Part shown: one piece after another, positions 60,598 through 64,000 of the stretch
Numbering within the stretch: position 1 is the stretch's first letter
Layout of the letters: each line of letters opens with the position of its first letter
Source of the DNA: the human T2T-CHM13v2.0 reference genome, Homo sapiens
NCBI RefSeq assembly: GCF_009914755.1
Contig: NC_060943.1
Length of the DNA stretch: 64,000 bases
Direction: 5' to 3' (one strand)
The notes under the pieces: generated by a model
What the model was told of the DNA's origin: nothing
Seen by the model: the letters and a program-made list of their open reading frames with translations, nothing else
Databases searched by the model: none
Made by a program: the position numbers and the translations under genes

Positions 60598-62929
60598 CTA
60601 GGTGACAGCAAGACTTTGTCTCATAAATAAATATCAAAGTTGATATCTCTACAAATACTTCACTGAGTCTGAAACCAGGAGAAATGTTTGTAAATAAGTA
60701 CCTAAGAGTCTTCATCACATAGAGGCTACTTAATGCCATGAATAAGAACTCATAGAAGGGGTATAGAAAAGACATTTAGAACCACTTGGAAATATCCCAA
60801 AGATAAGAGTCCAGGAAGATGAAAAACAAGTAAAGATGACTGAGGAGGAATAATCAAGGTTTGGGAAAAACCAAAGGCCAAGAGGAAAATGTGTTCCAAG
60901 ATGAAAGGAGTTTGGGGAGGGGGGCATTGAGGTAGGGGAGAGGCTAACTACAAAGTGGCAACAGAGTTGGGATTTAGCTGGGAGAATGTGATAGGGAGAA
61001 GGGATGCTGAGTGACGTGGAAGGCAATGACTCTCAAGAACCATGGAATTTGAACTATGTCAGAAAGAAAGTGAGGGGCTGGGTGCAGTGGCTTCCAGCAC
61101 TTTGGGAGGCTGAGGTGGGTGGGAGACCAGCCTGGCCAACATGGTGAAACCCCATCTCTACTAAAAACACAAAAATTAGCCATACGTGGTGGCAAGCTCT
61201 TGTAATGCCAGCTACTCGGGAGGCTGAGGCAGGAGAATCGCTTAAACCCGGGAGGCGGAGGTTTTAGTGAGCTGAGATCACACCACTGCACTCCAGCCAG
61301 GGCAAAAAGAGTGAAACTCTGTCTCAAAACAAAAATGAAAACAAAAACAAAAAGAAAGGGATGAAGGGGGTGAAAGGGTGGGAAGCTGCTGCTCAAATGG
61401 CTGAAGGACGCAGTAGGATTAAAGGGTGGGAAGATTTGCTTACAAGACAAAGCAGCTTGAGAATACAGGAGGTGCCGTTAGAGCATGAGGTACTTGAAAT
61501 TGAGAGTACAAGCGAAATGTACTTATTGGAGATGAAGTCTAGCAAGTGGTATTATCCAATATTGAGTCACCAGCAAGTAGAGCTACTGAGCACTCAAAGC
61601 GTGGCTAGCATGACTGAGGCACTGGATTGTTAGTTTTACTACATTTACATTGGAATTTATTATTCATTTATTTATTTATTGAGATGGAGTTTTGCTCTTG
61701 TTGCCCAGGCTGGAACGTGCAGCGGCGCCATCTCAGCTCACTGCAACATCTGCCTCCTGGGTTCAAGCGATTATCTTGCTTCACCCTCTCGCATAGCTGG
61801 GATTACAGGCACCTGCTACCATGCCTGGCTAATTTTTGTATTTTTAGTAGAGGTAGAGTTTCACTATGTTGGCCAGGCTGGTCTCGAACTCTTGAATTCC
61901 TGACCTCAAGTGATCCACATCCTCTGCCTCCCAAAGCGCTGGGATTATAGGCATGAGCTACCAGGCTTGGCTAGTTTAAATTTAAAGGTTGATTCCAAAT
62001 TATTGGAAGATTTAAGTATGTTTAGGACACGGGCATGTGAATTAGTTCTCTCAATTGTAAATTTTATGAAATCAATACAGAGGTCAAACATTTCTGATGA
62101 AAATGTGCCCGAGCGGCGATGTTCTCTGTGAAATACTGGGTTCTGCAGCCTTTTACAAAAAAGGGAATATAAAATCACATCAATAGCTTTTTGCATTAAT
62201 GACATATGGATATAATTTGATATGCTGGGTTAAATACTGTTAAAATTAGTTTCAAGGCTGGGCACAGTGGCTCACACCTGTAATCTCAGCACTTTGGGAG
62301 GCTGAGGCCTGTGGATCACCTGAGGTTGGGAGTTTGAGACAAGCCTGACCAACATGGAGAAACCCTGTCTCTACTAAATATACAAAATTAGCTGGGCATG
62401 GTGGCACATACCTGAAATCCCAGCTACTTGGGAGGCTGAGGCAAAAGAATCACTTGAACCTGGAAGTCAGAGGTTGCGGTGAGCTGAGACTGTGCCACTG
62501 CACTCTAGCCTGGGCAACAAGGGCGAAACTCCATCTCAAAAAAAAAAAAAAAATTAGTTTCACTTGCTTCCTTTTACTTTTTAATGTGGCTACTGGAAAA
62601 TTTCAGTTTGTGGCTTGAATAATTTCCACTAGACAGTGTTTTAGGGTTTGACCAGTAGTCTACTTCAGAATGACCAGAGGAATTAGATCATTAGAGAAAT
62701 ATCAGTCAAGGGAGGGAGAAGCCATGTTATATGAAATATCAATGTAGAAATTGAAATCAAAAGGCAGGAATAATGTTGGTGAAAGAAACAAACCACGTGC
62801 TAAAAAAATTGAGGAATGAGTGACATCAAAAGGTAGGAGCAGGTAGTGTTATTGAAGGGGCACCTCTATCCACCAACACCCAGGCATTCCCCTCACATGC
62901 ACTGAGCTTTCAGCCGAGCAACAACTCAC

Positions 62930-63097
62930 CTCAGATGACTTATTTGGCATGTGGGCTCGTGCAGGATGTCATGCAGAAGTGAAAACATATTTAGGGAAAT
63001 GGACGTACAGTTGATACTCAGGTATGTCAGGCTCCGATTACGAGCCAAAGCCTTGAGTAAGTCTTCAAAACCAGAAGCAGTCGAGACATAGGACAAC
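62930..63097 (-). CDS. NLRP11: NLRP11 LRR exon (168 nt)
   Basis: CAG acceptor and GTGAG donor on the - strand; LSYVSTASGFEDLLKALARNRSLTYLSINC...PTCQISHL. Confidence 0.93.
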
Positions 63098-63519
63098 CTG
63101 TGGAAGACATAATAGCAGGAAAGCACTAGTGAAGGTCTGAACATCTTCTCCACAATTTCTCCTGCCTGCCTCACTTCATCCTGTAACAAAGATTCTCAGT
63201 GGATTACATCCTCACACATGGCTCTCGATCTTAAATTTCTAGTCAGGTCAGAAGACTATTGCTAATTCCAAGGTCAGCCTGTTGACTTTGAAGTAATCCC
63301 CTGGGTCTTTATGGTGTGTTCACCTCATGACCTTTCTTAAGTGGGACCCACAAGCCGGATACTAAGAATACATCCACATGCACAAAGATATTAAGATACA
63401 TCCACATGCACAAGTTTAACCATGTTTTTCTACACTGAGAGCAAAAGACAAAATATGCTGATGGCTGATAATAGCCACACAATCAACCACATGTAAATTA
63501 CTCCGTTTCAGCAGTCCCA

Positions 63520-64000
63520 GCCAGAGCAATCAGGCAAGAGGAAGAAATAAATGGCATCCAAATAGGAAGAGAAGAAGTCAAACTATCACTGTTTGCAGAT
63601 GACATGATTCCATATCCAGAAAACCCCATAGTCTCAGCCCCAAATCTTCAGCTGATAAACTGCAAAAGTTTCAGGATACAAAAAGAAAAAAATAAAATCA
63701 ATGTACAAAAATCACTAGCATTCCTATACACCAACGACAGCCAAGCTGAGAGCCAAATCGGAAATGTAATTCTATCCACAATTGCTCACAAAGAATACCT
63801 AGGAATACAGCTAACCAGAGAGGTGAAAGATCAAAAGGAGAATTACAAAACACTGCTCAAAGAGATCAGATGACACAAACAAATGGAAAAAACATTCCAT
63901 GCTCATGGAGAGAAGAATCAATATTGTTAAAATGGCCATACTGCCCAAAGCAATTTACAGATTCAATGCTATTCCTATGAAATTACCAATGGCATTCTTC
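63520..64000 (+). mobile_element. L1 ORF2 fragment (degenerate), runs off the window end
   Basis: CCAGAGCAATCAGGCAAGAG...CTGTTTGCAGATGACATGATT (FADDM reverse-transcriptase motif)...[11 protein letters not shown]. Confidence 0.88.

Overview
Human-type (primate, Alu-rich) genomic DNA, recognisable as the 19q13.4 NLRP/RFPL4 cluster. On the + strand it holds a tandem array of RFPL4-type RING + PRY/SPRY (B30.2) units. Two are intact 287-aa genes in a ~10.0-kb tandem segmental duplication: RFPL4A (CDS 23154-23439 + 23951-24528) and RFPL4AL1 (33162-33447 + 33959-34536). A third, divergent copy (RFPL4AP1-like, 38919-40232) still has an open spliced 271-aa frame but appears to have lost its promoter and exon 1. 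A fourth, heavily decayed relic (~14600-16020) is invisible in the ORF track yet keeps a perfect DUX4-type site, exon-1 donor and exon-2 splice sites. The intact genes have TGATTGGATTA (DUX4-type) + TATA promoters and an upstream palindromic DUX4-motif cluster. The copies show patchy near-identity suggestive of gene conversion. On the - strand lie the last six exons (LRR region and C-terminus) of NLRP11. The rest is Alu, L1, LTR and DNA-transposon sequence plus simple repeats. All alignments and difference counts were made by eye; repeat boundaries and subfamily names are approximate.
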